Assembly: GCA_951406725.2 (NCBI GenBank)
Contig: OX597816.1
Span: 53,568,001 to 53,632,000, forward strand
DNA: 64,000 nt
Reading direction: 5' to 3'
DNA from: Octopus vulgaris
Taxonomy: Eukaryota
The notes beneath the pieces are model-generated. The model had not been told where the DNA came from. It did no database searches and saw only the letters and a list, made by a program, of their open reading frames with translations. This document shows positions 11,290-24,607 of the stretch, one piece after another. Each line of letters opens with the position of its first letter. Within the stretch, counting starts at the first letter, position 1. The position numbers were made by a program, and so were the translations under genes.

Positions 11290-14117
11290 GGAATAGTTGC
11301 AAAGACAGCAGTAACAACAACTCAAGCAACAACAAGAACAACAACAAGGATTGCAGCAGCAAATGTTGCACTTAATGAGGTTGATAACCAATCTGGAGAA
11401 TACATTTTCACCCGACCATGTAGCAAATTCCATAAGGGAATTCAACTATGACCCCAACGGAGGGCTTCCAGGTTTACTTTGGAAGATTTCAACAAATTTT
11501 GGAAAAAGAATGTCAGGATTGGACAGATGAAATGTAAATGCATCTATTTGTAAGAAAACTGGCAACAGCAGAGCATGTGAAGTATAGTAACTTCATATTG
11601 CCAAAAACAGTGTCTGACATAAATTTCACTGACACAGTTGACAATGTTTAGTGGAAAGAGGTCACTGCTTAATACTTGATGGAAATATTTAAACATAGAA
11701 AGGAGTAAAGATGAAAACTTCACTACCTACACAGGTAGAATCAACAAAGAATGCGAGAGATTTAGGCTAGATATGCTTACTCCAGATTCTTTCAAGTGTT
11801 TGATTTTTGTACAAGGATTGACAGATAAAAGGGATGTAGAAATCCGAATGGATATTCCATGAAAACTAGAAATGAACCAGGATTTGACATTGCAGAAACT
11901 ATCAGAAGAGTGTGACAAGATGTTAAAATTAAGGCATGACATGGAAGAAATTCAACAGAAAGAGTGTTTCCACATAAGACTAGTACAAACAAGTGTTGCA
12001 GGAAAAACAGAGAATGTATCAGGATGTAGACCTATGTATGGCATGTGGTGGAATGCACCTGAAAAAAGATTGTCCATATAAAAAAGCAAAGTGTTTTCGC
12101 TGCAGGTTTACTGGACATACAAAATCACACTGCAAAACTAGAATGATAGGAAAATGGAACAAACAAGAAAAAATAAATAGTTTTTCAGCAAGAAAGTTGT
12201 GACTACAACAAACAGAAAATTCATGAATGTGAGAATTGAAAACGCTAGTGCCAGATTGCTATTAGACATGGGAAGTGATATCACAATCATGAATAAGAAA
12301 ACATGGGAACAAATGGGTAAACCAAAATTATGTAGTTCAAACAAAATAGTGTACGGTGTTACAGGAAGAAAATTATATTTCACAGGTGAACTCATTTATA
12401 ATATAATGTTCAAAGGTTGAATCAAAAAGTGAATGTTTATGTGTTGAAAAAATCCATGAATTTATTTGGCATTGAATGTTTGGAGAAATTTAATTTATGG
12501 GATACACTCATAAGCGTTTTGTGCAATAGCATAAACAGAGCAGTCAAACAATCAAATGAGGTCAATGATCTGAAACAAAAAAAATGTGATGTGGAACATT
12601 GTGTGTGAACAACCAGTAACTTTGGAAAAAATATAAGGAAATGCAAGAAATGACAAATTTATTAATGAGACAAAAAATCTGTGGTTGACAAAAGGAAATA
12701 AAGAAAGATCTGATGCAAAGAACCACCAAGATGTGAACATGTACTCTATGTGTGATGGTACACTAATATATGCTCAGAGGGTGGTCATGTCACAGATATT
12801 ACAGAAGAGAATACTAAAAGCATTTCATGTGGGACACCTAGGCATCTCTAGAATGAAAGCACTGATATGAGGTTTTGTAAACTGGCCAAGCATGGAAAAG
12901 GAAGTCGAAAACCTGGTGAAAGGCTGCAGAGGATGTGTGCTGGCAGTGAAACTACCTACTGCAAAATGTGAACCTCAGCCAGAAGTGATTGCATATCGAT
13001 TTTGCAGGCCTGGTAAATGGATATTATTACTTAACAGTAGTGGACAGCTACACAAAATGGCCTGAGGTCGTGAGGTGTAAATGACCAACCTCATATACGA
13101 TAATAAACTTCTTACATGAGCTGTTTGCAAGATTTGGTGAACCAGATATAATTGTCTCTGATAATGGAACACAGTTTGTATCCTGAAAATTTAAAAGATT
13201 CTACAAGATGTTCATGTTCATGTATTGCACTGTATCACCCTAGATTGAATGGATGGGCTGAATGGTTCGTGGACACTTTTCAGAGAGCTTTAAAGAAAGC
13301 TAGTAAGAAAGTCACAGATGAGGTCATAATCCAACAATTTTTCAGGGTTTACAGGGTAACTCCGAACCCAAATGTGCCAGAAGAAAGTTCACCAGCAGAA
13401 TTAATGTTTGCCAGAAAGGTGAAGTCAGTATTCGATAAATTGTTACCGGTGAAGAAAAAATACGTGCTAGAAAGGACATGCCAAAATTCTTTAGAATCGG
13501 TGATAAGGTATATGTAAGAATGTGCAAAAATGGCAAGCACTACTGGGAAGAAGGAGAAATTGTAACATACATAGGAAGAATAATGTATGGTGTAAAAAGC
13601 AGAAATAGAATGGAAAGGAGACATAGAAATCAGCTTAAGGAAAGAGTCATAGAAAAGGGACCAAGAAGCGTAGAAATACCGATAGACTGGCTGAGCTGGC
13701 AGAAACGTTAGTGCGCCGGGCGAAATGCTTAGCAGTATTTCGTCTGCCATTATGTTCTGAGTTCAAATTCCACCGAGGTCGACTTTGCCTTTCATCCTTT
13801 CGGGGTCAATAAATAAAGTAAGAGTTTCGCACTGGGGTCAATGTAATCGACTTAATCCCTTTGTCTGTCCTTGTTTCTCTCCTCTATGTTTAGCCCCTTG
13901 TGGGCAATAAAGAAATATATATGACACTTTTCAGGTTCCAACACTGTTACAAGAAGTCAAAACTACATGTACAAGGAAAAGGAAGAACACTGAATTCCTA
14001 AAAGTAGACCCTATGAAGAAAAGATATTGAGTATATATAAAAAGAAAATAACAAAAATCGAGGAGGTAGGGTGAATAAAAGAAATCGATTGTTAAATAGA
14101 AAAATTAAAAGGGGAGA
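11290..14117 (+). mobile_element. Ty3/Gypsy internal region: gag, protease and integrase, with RT/RNase H deleted; decayed
   Basis: Gag knuckles CMACGGMH...C and CFRCRFTGHTKSHC; protease LLDMGSDITI; integrase zinc finger HVGHLG...CRGC; core IDFAG, VVDSYTKWPEV, VSDNGTQF, YHPRLNGWAE. Many stops and frameshifts. Confidence 0.9.
13689..13917 (+). mobile_element. tRNA-derived SINE family B inserted in the Gypsy integrase tail
   Basis: GGC.GAGCTGGCAGAAACGTTAG...GAGTTCAAATTC...TTCATCCTTTCGGGGTC...AAAGAAATA. Confidence 0.9.
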
Positions 14118-14373
14118 TGTTGTACATTGAAACAGTACACTCCTCCCAGTAAAAAGTGGTGGTAGCCAGCTGTTATAAATAGACCAGTGGCCAGTCAACA
14201 GGGGAAAATCAGATGGTTGAGCGTACATATAGACTGTGTTGATATAGCAATTATACTGTGATACTAAGTGAACGTTATAACAATCCAACCTTTTGAGGAT
14301 AGCAACACTGTATGACTGGGGGAGCGTGCAGTGCCAGATAGAACCATCCTACTGACAACTTCAGAATATAACA
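14118..14373 (+). repeat. 3' LTR of the Gypsy element
   Basis: Preceded by PPT AAAAGGGGAGA. Termini TGTTGTA...TATAACA, with an internal TATAAATA. Confidence 0.65.
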
Positions 14374-14419
14374 ATATCTGTTAGAATGACAACCGTCATC
14401 AAAACTAACCTCACCTGAA

Positions 14420-15647
14420 AGCAGGTGAGATTAGTTTTGATGAAACAATTAACTTTATATTGAAAATTTTCAGTAAAAGAAGTTCCCTGTTCAATATTCA
14501 CTGGCAGTGTTTAAATTTGGTTATAAAAAGATAGAATTTTCATTACCTATGCTGCGGTTATTAACAGAGAGTGTGAAAAATTTAAATTAAATTAATTAAC
14601 CCCAGACATGTTCAAATGTCTAATTTTTGTTCAAGTGCTTACTACAAGCGAAGATCCTGGTATACATTTTTGGATATTAACAAAATTAGAATAGGACCAA
14701 AATTAATTCTCCAATCAGTAGTAGAAGATTGCCAGAGGATTATAAATTTAAGACATGATGCAGATAAACTTGAAGGAAAAGATTGTTCACATATTCATGC
14801 ATGTCAACCTATAATGGACAAGAAAAAAAGACAAATGTCAAGACCCAATTCATGCCATGGGGGTAGAGGCTTACATTTTAAATGTAACTGTCCTTTTAAA
14901 AATCTAAAATGTTTTGAGTGTGGAAAAATTGGACATAAAAGCTCACATTGTAGTGCAAAACAAAAAAAAGATCAAATGAAAAAAACACTCTGGCAAGAAA
15001 GTAGTGTCAGCAAAAATTCTAAGCAAGACTCAAAAAAAAAAAAATTTGTGCCCATAAAAATGAATAAAGTGAATATCAAGTTACAATTGGATACAGGCAG
15101 TGATATAATGATAATTAGCACAGATATATGAACAAAAATCAGGAAACTGAATGCCAAAGTTTTTGTGCAGAATAATACAAAAAATTTATTTGGAACAGAC
15201 AGGATGAAATTATTTAACTTATGGTACCTCCACATAAATTTTTTTTTTGTTAAAATGTGAATGGTTTTTCTGCCATCAAAGGAATTGGAAAGAGAATTAA
15301 AACAGTTTTTTCCTGAAGTTTTTTTCTGATGAATTAGGTCTTTGCACCAAAATAAAGATGAAGTTTTAAGTAAAAGAAAACTCTATATACTGGTATATAA
15401 AACAAAGAACTGTACCTTTCATAGCATTGAAACAAGTAAACAAAGAATTGGATAGACTTGAAAAGCCTGGGGTTATTGAAAAAATTGATTATGCTAAATG
15501 GGCATCCCCAACATTTTATGTCAGGTAAAAAATATTAAAATCTGTGAAAGTGCTGACTTTCCAACAGGGTTAAATGAATATTTGATGTCATGAATTACCT
15601 GTTACCAAGTCTGGAAGAAATTTTCGTGAGGTTGAATGGAGGGGAGG
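14420..15647 (+). mobile_element. Second Gypsy internal region: gag 3' part, protease and RT N-terminus, truncated at LNGG
   Basis: CFECGKIGHKSSHC, LQLDTGSDIMII, ELDRLEKPGVIEKIDYAKWASP and LPSLEEIFVRLNGG. Confidence 0.85.
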
Positions 15648-15825
15648 TGTGGTGATAGACATTAACACCCATGTGTGATTAAAAGATAGACTCATCAAAT
15701 TCTATTAAAGAGTAGCGTGATCATTAAGATGACAGAGGGCGTCTGGAGTCTCATATAGCAGTAGTTGAAGTGTGTCATGTGGATACATTGCTTTACCTTA
15801 GCTTTGTTAAATCATATATCCAAAC
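15648..15825 (+). repeat. LTR (partial) of second Gypsy family
   Basis: Follows GGAGGGGAGG|TG; homologous to 9069-9243. Confidence 0.65.
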
Positions 15826-15880
15826 GCAAACATATAAAAAGTACCATATTTTTTTCTCATTTGCTGTTTACATATATATA

Positions 15881-16093
15881 TATAATTTAGAGAAAGACCA
15901 CTATTAAACGATTCAATAAAGATAGATGCTATTCACACCATATAGAAAACATACTATAATAAAACCTTATTTTAAATCAATAAAGTACATGATTTAAAAT
16001 AAGGTTTTTTTTTATAGTATATGTTTTCTACATGGTGTGAATAATCTCTTTCTTTATTGAATTGTTTAATAGTGGTTTTTCTCTAAATTATAT
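15881..16093. repeat. AT-rich imperfect palindrome (about 100 bp arms) of a repeat family with an (ATT)n end
   Basis: tataatttagagaaagaccactattaaac mirrors gtttaatagtggtttttctctaaattata. The adjacent gaatttttccctgtaa...tattccct(att)n recurs at about 44550 and 57240. Confidence 0.8.
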
Positions 16094-16175
16094 ACATATA
16101 TTATATATTGTGAAATTTGATTTAAAATTGTTAAATTGAATTTTTCCCTGTAAATTTTGGAATTATATTCCCTAC

Positions 16176-16235
<60 letters not shown>

Positions 16236-16929
16236 TATGAATGTATGTATGTATGTATGTATGTATGTATGTGTATATATCTGTCTGTCTGTACGTAGGT
16301 AGGTAGGTAGGAAGGTAGACAGGTATACAGAGTTAATACTGAGGGATTATCAATCCAGACAAAATAATTTATAAGCTCCCTATTAGTTCACTAAGTCAAC
16401 AATATTGTTTAGATTAGTAAAGAACACTATGTATTCCTATAGCAGGGTCTACAGTTATAGTACATCTCTATTCTATATTGTAAATCCATAGTTGTGTTCC
16501 ACTTATACTGGTTATTACATAGTAATATACAAGACAAGGCAAAAAATAATGGTCATTACATATTTTTCTTTATTGTAGTAAATTTGACATACAACTGTTT
16601 CCAGTAGTTATTATAGGTTTGTTATTGATTAGTTTATTCAATCGACCCATTGACCAGTTGAAAAAAATTGCATGACCTAGAAAATTAATGCTCCTTTCAT
16701 CAGTCATTTCTAGTAGTAATAACTAAGCAGAACTCTGAAAGATTGATACAGACATGTGGAGAGGAGTGAAGAGAGGCAATACAAATAATAAATAAATAAA
16801 TAAATAAAGATAGATGGATGGATGAAAACAGGTAAAACAGAACTTAAAATCTGAGTATATGCATATTTTTATTAATATTTACAGTCATTCTGTTGCTTCT
16901 GCTAAATACTAATAAAATATATCTATAGA

Positions 16930-17338
16930 GGTACAGGAGTGGCTGTGTGGTATGTAGCTTGCTTACCGACAACATGGTTCCGGGTTCAGTCCCACTGTGT
17001 GGCACCTTGGGCAAGTGTCTTCTACTATAGCCTCAGGCAGACCAAAGCCTTGTGAGTGGATTTGGCAGACAGAAATACAAAGAAGCCTGTTGTATATATG
17101 TGTATATATATATGTGTGTGTGTGTGTTTGTGTGTCTGTGTTTGTCCTCCTAGCATTGCTTGATAACCGATGCAGGTATGTTTATGTCCCCGTAACTTAG
17201 CAGTTCAGCAAAAGAGACCGATAGAATAAGTACTGAGCTTACAAAGAATAAGTCCTGGGGTTGATTTGCTCGACTAAAGGCGGTGCTCCAGCATGGCTGC
17301 AGTCAAATGACTGAAACAAATAAAAGAGTAAAAAGAGT
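16930..17338 (+). mobile_element. SINE family A, full length
   Basis: Family match. Confidence 0.9.
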
Positions 17339-17740
17339 ATATATATGATGAGCTTCTATCAGTTTTTGTGTACTAAATCTACTCACAAGACTTTACTCGA
17401 CTCAGAGCTGTAGTAGAAGACACTTGCCTAAGGTGCCATGCCATGTTCAGTAAATATCAATTTGGTGGCAAGATTGAGCTAATATGTGGTTTGAACATTT
17501 GATCTCTATAAACAAGTCATTTGTGCAGGTCAATCAGCAAAAGCTGAATTCAGCAAAAACAGCGGGTCATTCAGCAAAAACATTTATATGTCATCTTTGA
17601 CAGGAGAGTCCATCATATATATATATTATTAAATGTGAAACTCTAAGTAACAGTTCAGTGATAATTTTGCAGCATATTATTCTACCTTTTATATTCAAGT
17701 ACTATTTTTTCCACCTAGTTTTGCACTTATATGTTCACCG

Positions 17741-17795
<55 letters not shown>

Positions 17796-17989
17796 TATAG
17801 GGTGAAATATTATTAATTTAATAAAATCAACAAATTTCACCTAGTAGTATTTCAGTATGGAAAAGGACCATATTCAGTAAAAATTTATATAATTATAATA
17901 ATAAGGGATTTTTGCAACAAGCTGCTTAACCACATACCGAAAATTTAATTTTAGAAATAGCAGCCAAAAGACTACTATATATATATATT

Positions 17990-18277
17990 TATGGCTCAGT
18001 GGTTAGGGCAGGGAAGTTACAGTTGTAGGATCGCGGTTTTGATTCCCAGACCGGGCGTTGTGAGTGTTTATTGATTGAAAACACCTAAAGCTCCACAGGG
18101 CTCCGGCGGGAGGTAGTGGTGATCCCTGCTGTACTCTTTCATCACAAGTTTCTCTCACTCTTTCTTATATTGGCCTGCTCGCTTAGCCAGCGGGGTGGCA
18201 TCATTGAAGGCTAAAACAATGTGAAGCACATTGTGACCAGCGATGTGTAACAATATCTGATGGTCTGGTCTGTCACA

Positions 18278-18280
<3 letters not shown>
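17990..18280 (+). mobile_element. tRNA-derived SINE family D
   Basis: TGGCTCAGTGGTTAGGGCAG...TTTGATTCCC head; matches 26757-27060. Confidence 0.75.
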
Positions 18281-18327
<47 letters not shown>

Positions 18328-19187
18328 ATCTTCTTTTATCTTTCCTCTATTACAGTCATTATAATATGACCATGCTGGGGAACTGACTTGAAGAATTTTT
18401 AGTCCAATGAATCAATCCCAATACTCATTTTTTTTAAGCTCTGTATTTATTCTATCAGTATCTTTTGCAAAACCACTAAGTTAGATAGATAGATGATACG
18501 TATGTATATACATACTTACAAACAAACAAACAAACCGTTGCTGCTACCCATAAGTAATTATGATCTGGTAGCATGTACCACGCTTTCACTAATTCGGTGC
18601 CTATGCAATCACAAGCTGATATTGAAACCCTCTCCACCTCCCGCTCTTGACCCAGTGTAACATTGGGGATGTGACCATTAAAGGGAAAGAGGATTGTACC
18701 AGCATTCAGTTGGCTTTCATTTTCAGCTAAGTAGAATGACACAAAGTGAAAGGAAATGCCTTACTGACCCAGTCCAGAAATCAAACCCACTACCTTATGG
18801 TTATGAACCGAACCACCTAATCACTATGCCACTTGTCTTCATATTTGTATGTTTGTGTTGTATAGTATATGTGTGTGTAGTCACGCATGCACATATACAT
18901 ATGTGCATATGTGCTTGTTTGTCGCTGTGTTTACATATACCAGTATAAATAGAAACAGGTTGCATTTTGTATGCCAAAAGGTAAAATTTTGCCATTAAAT
19001 AAACAAGAGACCCATTAAATATGTACAAGACAGCAATACATACTAACTGATATGCTTGAATTAAGCCTTTGAAGATGGTACCCCACCCTGGTTGCAATTC
19101 ACTGATAGGAACAGGTGAAAGACTAAAAGAACAACATCTAAAAATGGTATTTAAAAAAATAAAAGATGGTAAAAAAAATTCTACATA

Positions 19188-19430
19188 GGCGTAGGAGTAG
19201 CTGTGTGGTTAGTAACTTGCTTACCAGCTACATGGTTCCGGGTTCAGTCCCACTGCGTGGCACCTTGGGCAAGTGTCTTCTACTATAGCCTCAGGCAAAG
19301 AGACCGACAGAATAAGTACTAGGCTTACAAAGAATAAGTCCTGGGATCGATTTGCTCAACTAAAGGCAGTGCTCCAGCATGGCTCCAATCAAATGACTGA
19401 AACAAGTAAAAGAGTGAAGAGTAAAGAGTA
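19188..19430 (+). mobile_element. SINE A with internal deletion removing the microsatellite
   Basis: The head is joined directly to aaagagaccgacagaataagtac. Confidence 0.85.
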
Positions 19431-20098
19431 ATTTCAGTTCATGTTGAATAGATTTCTTATATTGTGCAAAGAAACAGTAACATGTTTCATCAAATAACAA
19501 AGCAAGAACAAGCATGGACACAGGGAAAGAATTCCATGTTTCATAAATACCACCAATATAAAAATGCTAATATGACAATACTTGAACAAAGTCTAAAAAC
19601 AGATGTGTATATTCTTTTACTACAATTACAAGACAAAAGGACAAAAAAAAATCACCAAATATTAATTCAGAAACAGCTTGGTACAGTTACAGCAGAAACA
19701 CTAAAGAAACACTAAGAAAGAACAAAAAGTCACTACTGACCTCTGTTTCTTTCTTTTCCTTCTTTTCCTTCTTTCCATTCTCTCCATGCACATATTTACA
19801 TTGCATCATTAAACACATGCTCACACATACAATCGCACATTTTCAGTGTTCAGCTTCATTAGAGCAATGATAGGTTTGAATAGTGATCAACTCACAAGCT
19901 ATCATGTGAGAAAGCCTCGGAGCATCTCTCTTTCTCTCTATAACAAACATTCAACTCATTTCATAACCTATTTAATATTGTTCTCTTTTAAAGACCATAC
20001 ATACATCCCAATAAATCCATTGAAGCTTTATAATGAATACCGTCTTCAACTTAGTGAACTATTGTCTGAAGTAATTCATCCACTATAATATTCTGAAT

Positions 20099-20100
<2 letters not shown>

Positions 20101-20161
<61 letters not shown>

Positions 20162-20288
20162 TATATATATATACATATATATATACATATATATATACAC
20201 ATATATATATATATATACATACATATATATATACATACATATATATATATATATTATATATATGTATGTATATATGTGTGTGTGTGTG

Positions 20289-20350
<62 letters not shown>

Positions 20351-20431
20351 TGTATATATGCATATATATATGTATATACATACATATATATGTACATATA
20401 TATATGCATATATACACACACATACACACAT

Positions 20432-20492
<61 letters not shown>

Positions 20493-20580
20493 CATATATA
20501 TACACACATATGTACATATACATAGATACATGTACACACACAATATACATACGTGTGTGTGTGTGTGTATGTGTATGTTG
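20101..20580. repeat. Compound (TA)n/(TG)n/(CA)n microsatellite
   Basis: Directly visible; source of many spurious YI/VC/HT ORFs. Confidence 0.95.
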
Positions 20581-20904
20581 GATTATATATATGGTAAAAT
20601 AGACAGGAAGAGCATATTGAATTTGATGTGGGTAGTGCACACCAAGTTCATTGCACTCTTTTTGTCAGTTTTACTAAATAGTATAAGTCTTGCCAATACA
20701 GATCAACATCAGTCTTTTTGGAGTGTGTGTGTGTGTGCTTAATGCTTGTGTTTGCTGAGAGCCTTTCTAAACTGTGATATTCATTCTGGGAACAATATAC
20801 AGTGTTAAAAACAGAAAAATATCAGCAGCAGGTGAAGGTTACCCTGCATTTTTGGTGGAATTACTGAATCTACTACTACTACTACTACGACGACGACGAC
20901 GACG

Positions 20905-21135
20905 ACTCCATGAGAGTAGTGGGTGCTTTTTACATGCCAGACGAGGCTGGCAAACGGCCACGATCGGATGGTGCTTTTTATGTGCCACCAGCATGGAGGC
21001 CAGGCAAGGCTGGCAATGGCCACGATCGGATGGCACTTTTTACGTGCCACTGGCACAGAAGCCAGTCGGGGCGGCACTGGCAATGGCCATGTTCAGATGG
21101 TTCTCTTATGTGCCACCGGCATTGGTATCACAGCT
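20905..21135 (-). mobile_element. RTE LINE 3' UTR fragment
   Basis: About 60-bp repeat units gtgctttttacgtgccacc.gcac. Confidence 0.75.
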
Positions 21136-21147
21136 AACACATATATC

Positions 21148-21342
21148 TATTTCTTTATTGCCCACAGGAGACTAAACATAGAGGTGACAAACAAGGACAG
21201 AAAATTAAGTCGATTACATCGACCCCAGTGTGTAAATGGTACTTATTTAATTGACCCCAAAAGGATGAAAGGCAAAGTTGACCTTGGCAGATGAAATACT
21301 GCTAAGCATTTCCCCCAGCATGCTAACACTTCTGCCAACTAG

Positions 21343-21345
<3 letters not shown>
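21148..21345 (-). mobile_element. SINE family B
   Basis: Reverse complement of the 13689-13917 family. Confidence 0.85.
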
Positions 21346-21378
<33 letters not shown>

Positions 21379-22208
21379 TAAGGTGTATGTATGTATGTAT
21401 GTATATGTGTGTGTATACATGTGTGTGTGTGTGTGTGTATTTGTATCTGTGTTTGTTCCCCCCACCATCACTTGACAACTGATACTGCTGTGTTCATTCC
21501 ACCGTAACCTAGCAGTTCAGCAAAAAAGTTTGATGGAATAAGTACCAGGCTTACAAAGAATAAATCCTGAGGTCGATTTCATCAACTAAAAAGCCCTTTA
21601 AGGTAGCGCTCCAGCATGGCCACAATCAGATGACTGAAACACATAAAAGAATAAAAAAAATCTGGAGTATAACTTTAAACTGCATCTGGTAGTAGAACTC
21701 AAGTATGGGAATTTGAGTGTTTTGAGGAGTGTGGAACAAGCTCTTAGCTACTATTTCTCCTATTATGGTCCCAGCTATATGTTAACTTCCTTATAGGAGA
21801 AGGTTAACTCATATAAAAAAAGACCTGAAGTGCAATCAATTTCTGGACAGCTCAACCTTTGTTGTGCCACTGGTGTTATAACTGATTGTGCTGAGAAGTG
21901 GGTTCAATCATGAGCAGCACTTTAATTATTCAATACAAATTTATGCACAGGAACTTCATGCTCAGAATATTTGCATGGGCTTGCTGAGTTTAGGAAGTGG
22001 TCTTACTTGGTCACAAGTTGACTTCCACCATTCGTGTGTGTGTGTGTGTGTGTGTGTGTGTAAGTTGTCTAAGAGTCCACAAGTCATGATAAAATACATT
22101 CCTATATCTATCAATAGGGTGGGTATATTGACCAAAGTGCACACACACACACACATACATAAAATACATATATGCACACAAGTGCCCCCCACACACATAC
22201 ACAAGTAC

Positions 22209-22241
<33 letters not shown>

Positions 22242-22243
22242 TA

Positions 22244-22400
22244 AAATACAAAAATGGGACAAAAACACAAAACATCTAGTCAGGTGATACAAAAAAGGGA
22301 CAACAAAACATCCAGATACAAAGAAAACAAGGACGGGTCATTCAGAGTTTTCTTTCTTCAGTCAAGTTCCAGATTATCTTTGCTATTTTGGCTGGTTATA
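22244..22400. repeat. (TA)n-embedded repeat; relatives at 23205-23530 and 24285-24330
   Basis: aaatacaaaa(a)tgggacaa.aa..caaaacatc recurs three times. 22165-22400 and 23205-23450 also share the upstream cacaag.gcccc.acacacatacacaagtac. Confidence 0.7.
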
Positions 22401-23247
22401 TATATATGAAATCATTCCGTCTGCTGCTGCATATAAACTATGTATTATACCATTAATTGATGGTGTGTGGACTGACTTCCTAATTTATAGGCTGCTGGCA
22501 TGAGGAATCCTAGCTTGTTAGATTGAAGCAAATAATTTAGACATTTGAACTTGTTGAGATCATTTTCATTGGTGTTGTAGCAAGATTCGAAACCAAGTCA
22601 TTGAATTATGAATTTTAAGTCACAACATAGCACTACCTTGTTCACATGAGAAGCCAAGTCATTAGCCAATCAGCAGCCAAACTTCACATGATAGTTCAAT
22701 CTAGATCCTTCTGGAACATTTCCCTACAAGGCTTATATAAATGCTTGTTTTTTAGCACCAACTTTCAGAGAGCACAGTAACCTACACACCTGCTACACAC
22801 ACTCTCTTGCCATTTATAATAGTTATTTTCATGACTATCTGCTCAGCTTGGATATGTCAATTTAGTGGACTGAAATGAATCTACTGTGTACATTTTCTCT
22901 TGTCTTGACAAATTGCAGTGCAAAGCTTTTGTGATCAAATATTTATGAAAGCAACTGAATCATTCCTTCAATGGTGTTGACCTGTCGTGGAATCTTATAA
23001 TTCATGACCAACCTCAATATTACTTGTGCAGTAAAATAAAATTTACTATTGAATATTTGCTTAGTGTTGTTATATCATTCACACAGCATTGCATGCCTAC
23101 CTACTAAGCAACAGTGTTGTGGTTATCATGGACTTATAGATTATTTCAGGCATGCAACTTGATCCTCATAGATGATCTTACATAATTGTCATCTTCAAAT
23201 ATGATATACATATATGCACACAAGCGCCCCACACACACATACACAAG

Positions 23248-23281
<34 letters not shown>

Positions 23282-24335
23282 CATATAAAATACAAAATGG
23301 GACAAGAACACAAAACATCCTAACAGTTATGTGATACAAAAAAGGGACAACAAAACGTCCAGATAGACGATACAAAGAAAATAAGGACGGGTCATTTGGA
23401 GTTCTCTTTCCTCAGTCAAGTTCTAGATTATCTTTGCAATTTCAGCTGGTTATACTTGAGATTGCTCCAATCTGGCCAGCCCCAAGGAAAAACTAAGCTA
23501 AGAGCATTAGATTCCTTGGAAGAAAGTAGCTGGAAACTGTGCTTGCATGATACTGCAATATATAAGCCAGAATTGCGCAAAGACAATGAATCATATCACC
23601 ATTTTGAGGAATTGTAATACAAAATCTACTTTATTTACATTATTTACATTCAACGGATATTTGTCCTCATCAAGATGAGGACAAATATCCGTCGAATGTA
23701 AATAATGTACATAATACCTCATCTCTTAAATATAGAACTGTATTACAAAATCTACTATATGATTTGCATCAACCTGTCTGGCAAAGTCTAGAAATCTAAA
23801 TAGTTTTCTGGACCACACTTACAAATTCATTTAGCAGAGTTCATATCTTCTTGAATGTAAGCCTATTGTTGTACAAAGCAAAAATTTTGGTCTTTTTTTT
23901 TCCTTTTATCCAGATGAAAATTCAATAAATTTATAAGATATTGATGTATCATGCAGTTCCTTCAATGTCAAAGAGAATTCGAAATTATGAAATAATAATT
24001 TCATCATCCATTATATCATAATATGTAATATAGATTAATTAGCTTTCTAACTTGCTAATATCTACAACATAAAAATAATTAGTTTTCTTCTTTGCATCAA
24101 AACGTATTCATAAGACAAAATTTCATCTTTCTAATCATATTTTTGACTGATGTGTGTGTGTGTGTTATGCATGTCAATAGAGTGGGTATATTGATCAAAA
24201 TGTATACTCACACACACACACAGACACACACACACACACACACATACACACATACACACACATATGCATGCGCGCATGTATATATAAATACAAAAATGGG
24301 ACAAGAATGCAAAACATCCAGACAGTTACAAAAGA

Positions 24336-24453
<118 letters not shown>

Positions 24454-24571
24454 CATGCAGATATATACATATTTTATGTAATATATATGTACATATACAT
24501 ATCATCAATATGTGTGTATATGCATGCATACATTCATACACACATAACACAAGTACACATATAAGTATGCA

Positions 24572-24607
<36 letters not shown>

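Noticed and set aside
20051-20742. Long ORFs rich in YI/VC/HT (also at about 24100-24860, 25430-25980, 47724, 52673, 59807 and 61280)
   Set aside because: They are translations of microsatellites, not genes.
21660-22030. Coding-looking unique stretch
   Set aside because: No motif recognised in any frame; possibly a decayed TE but unsupported.
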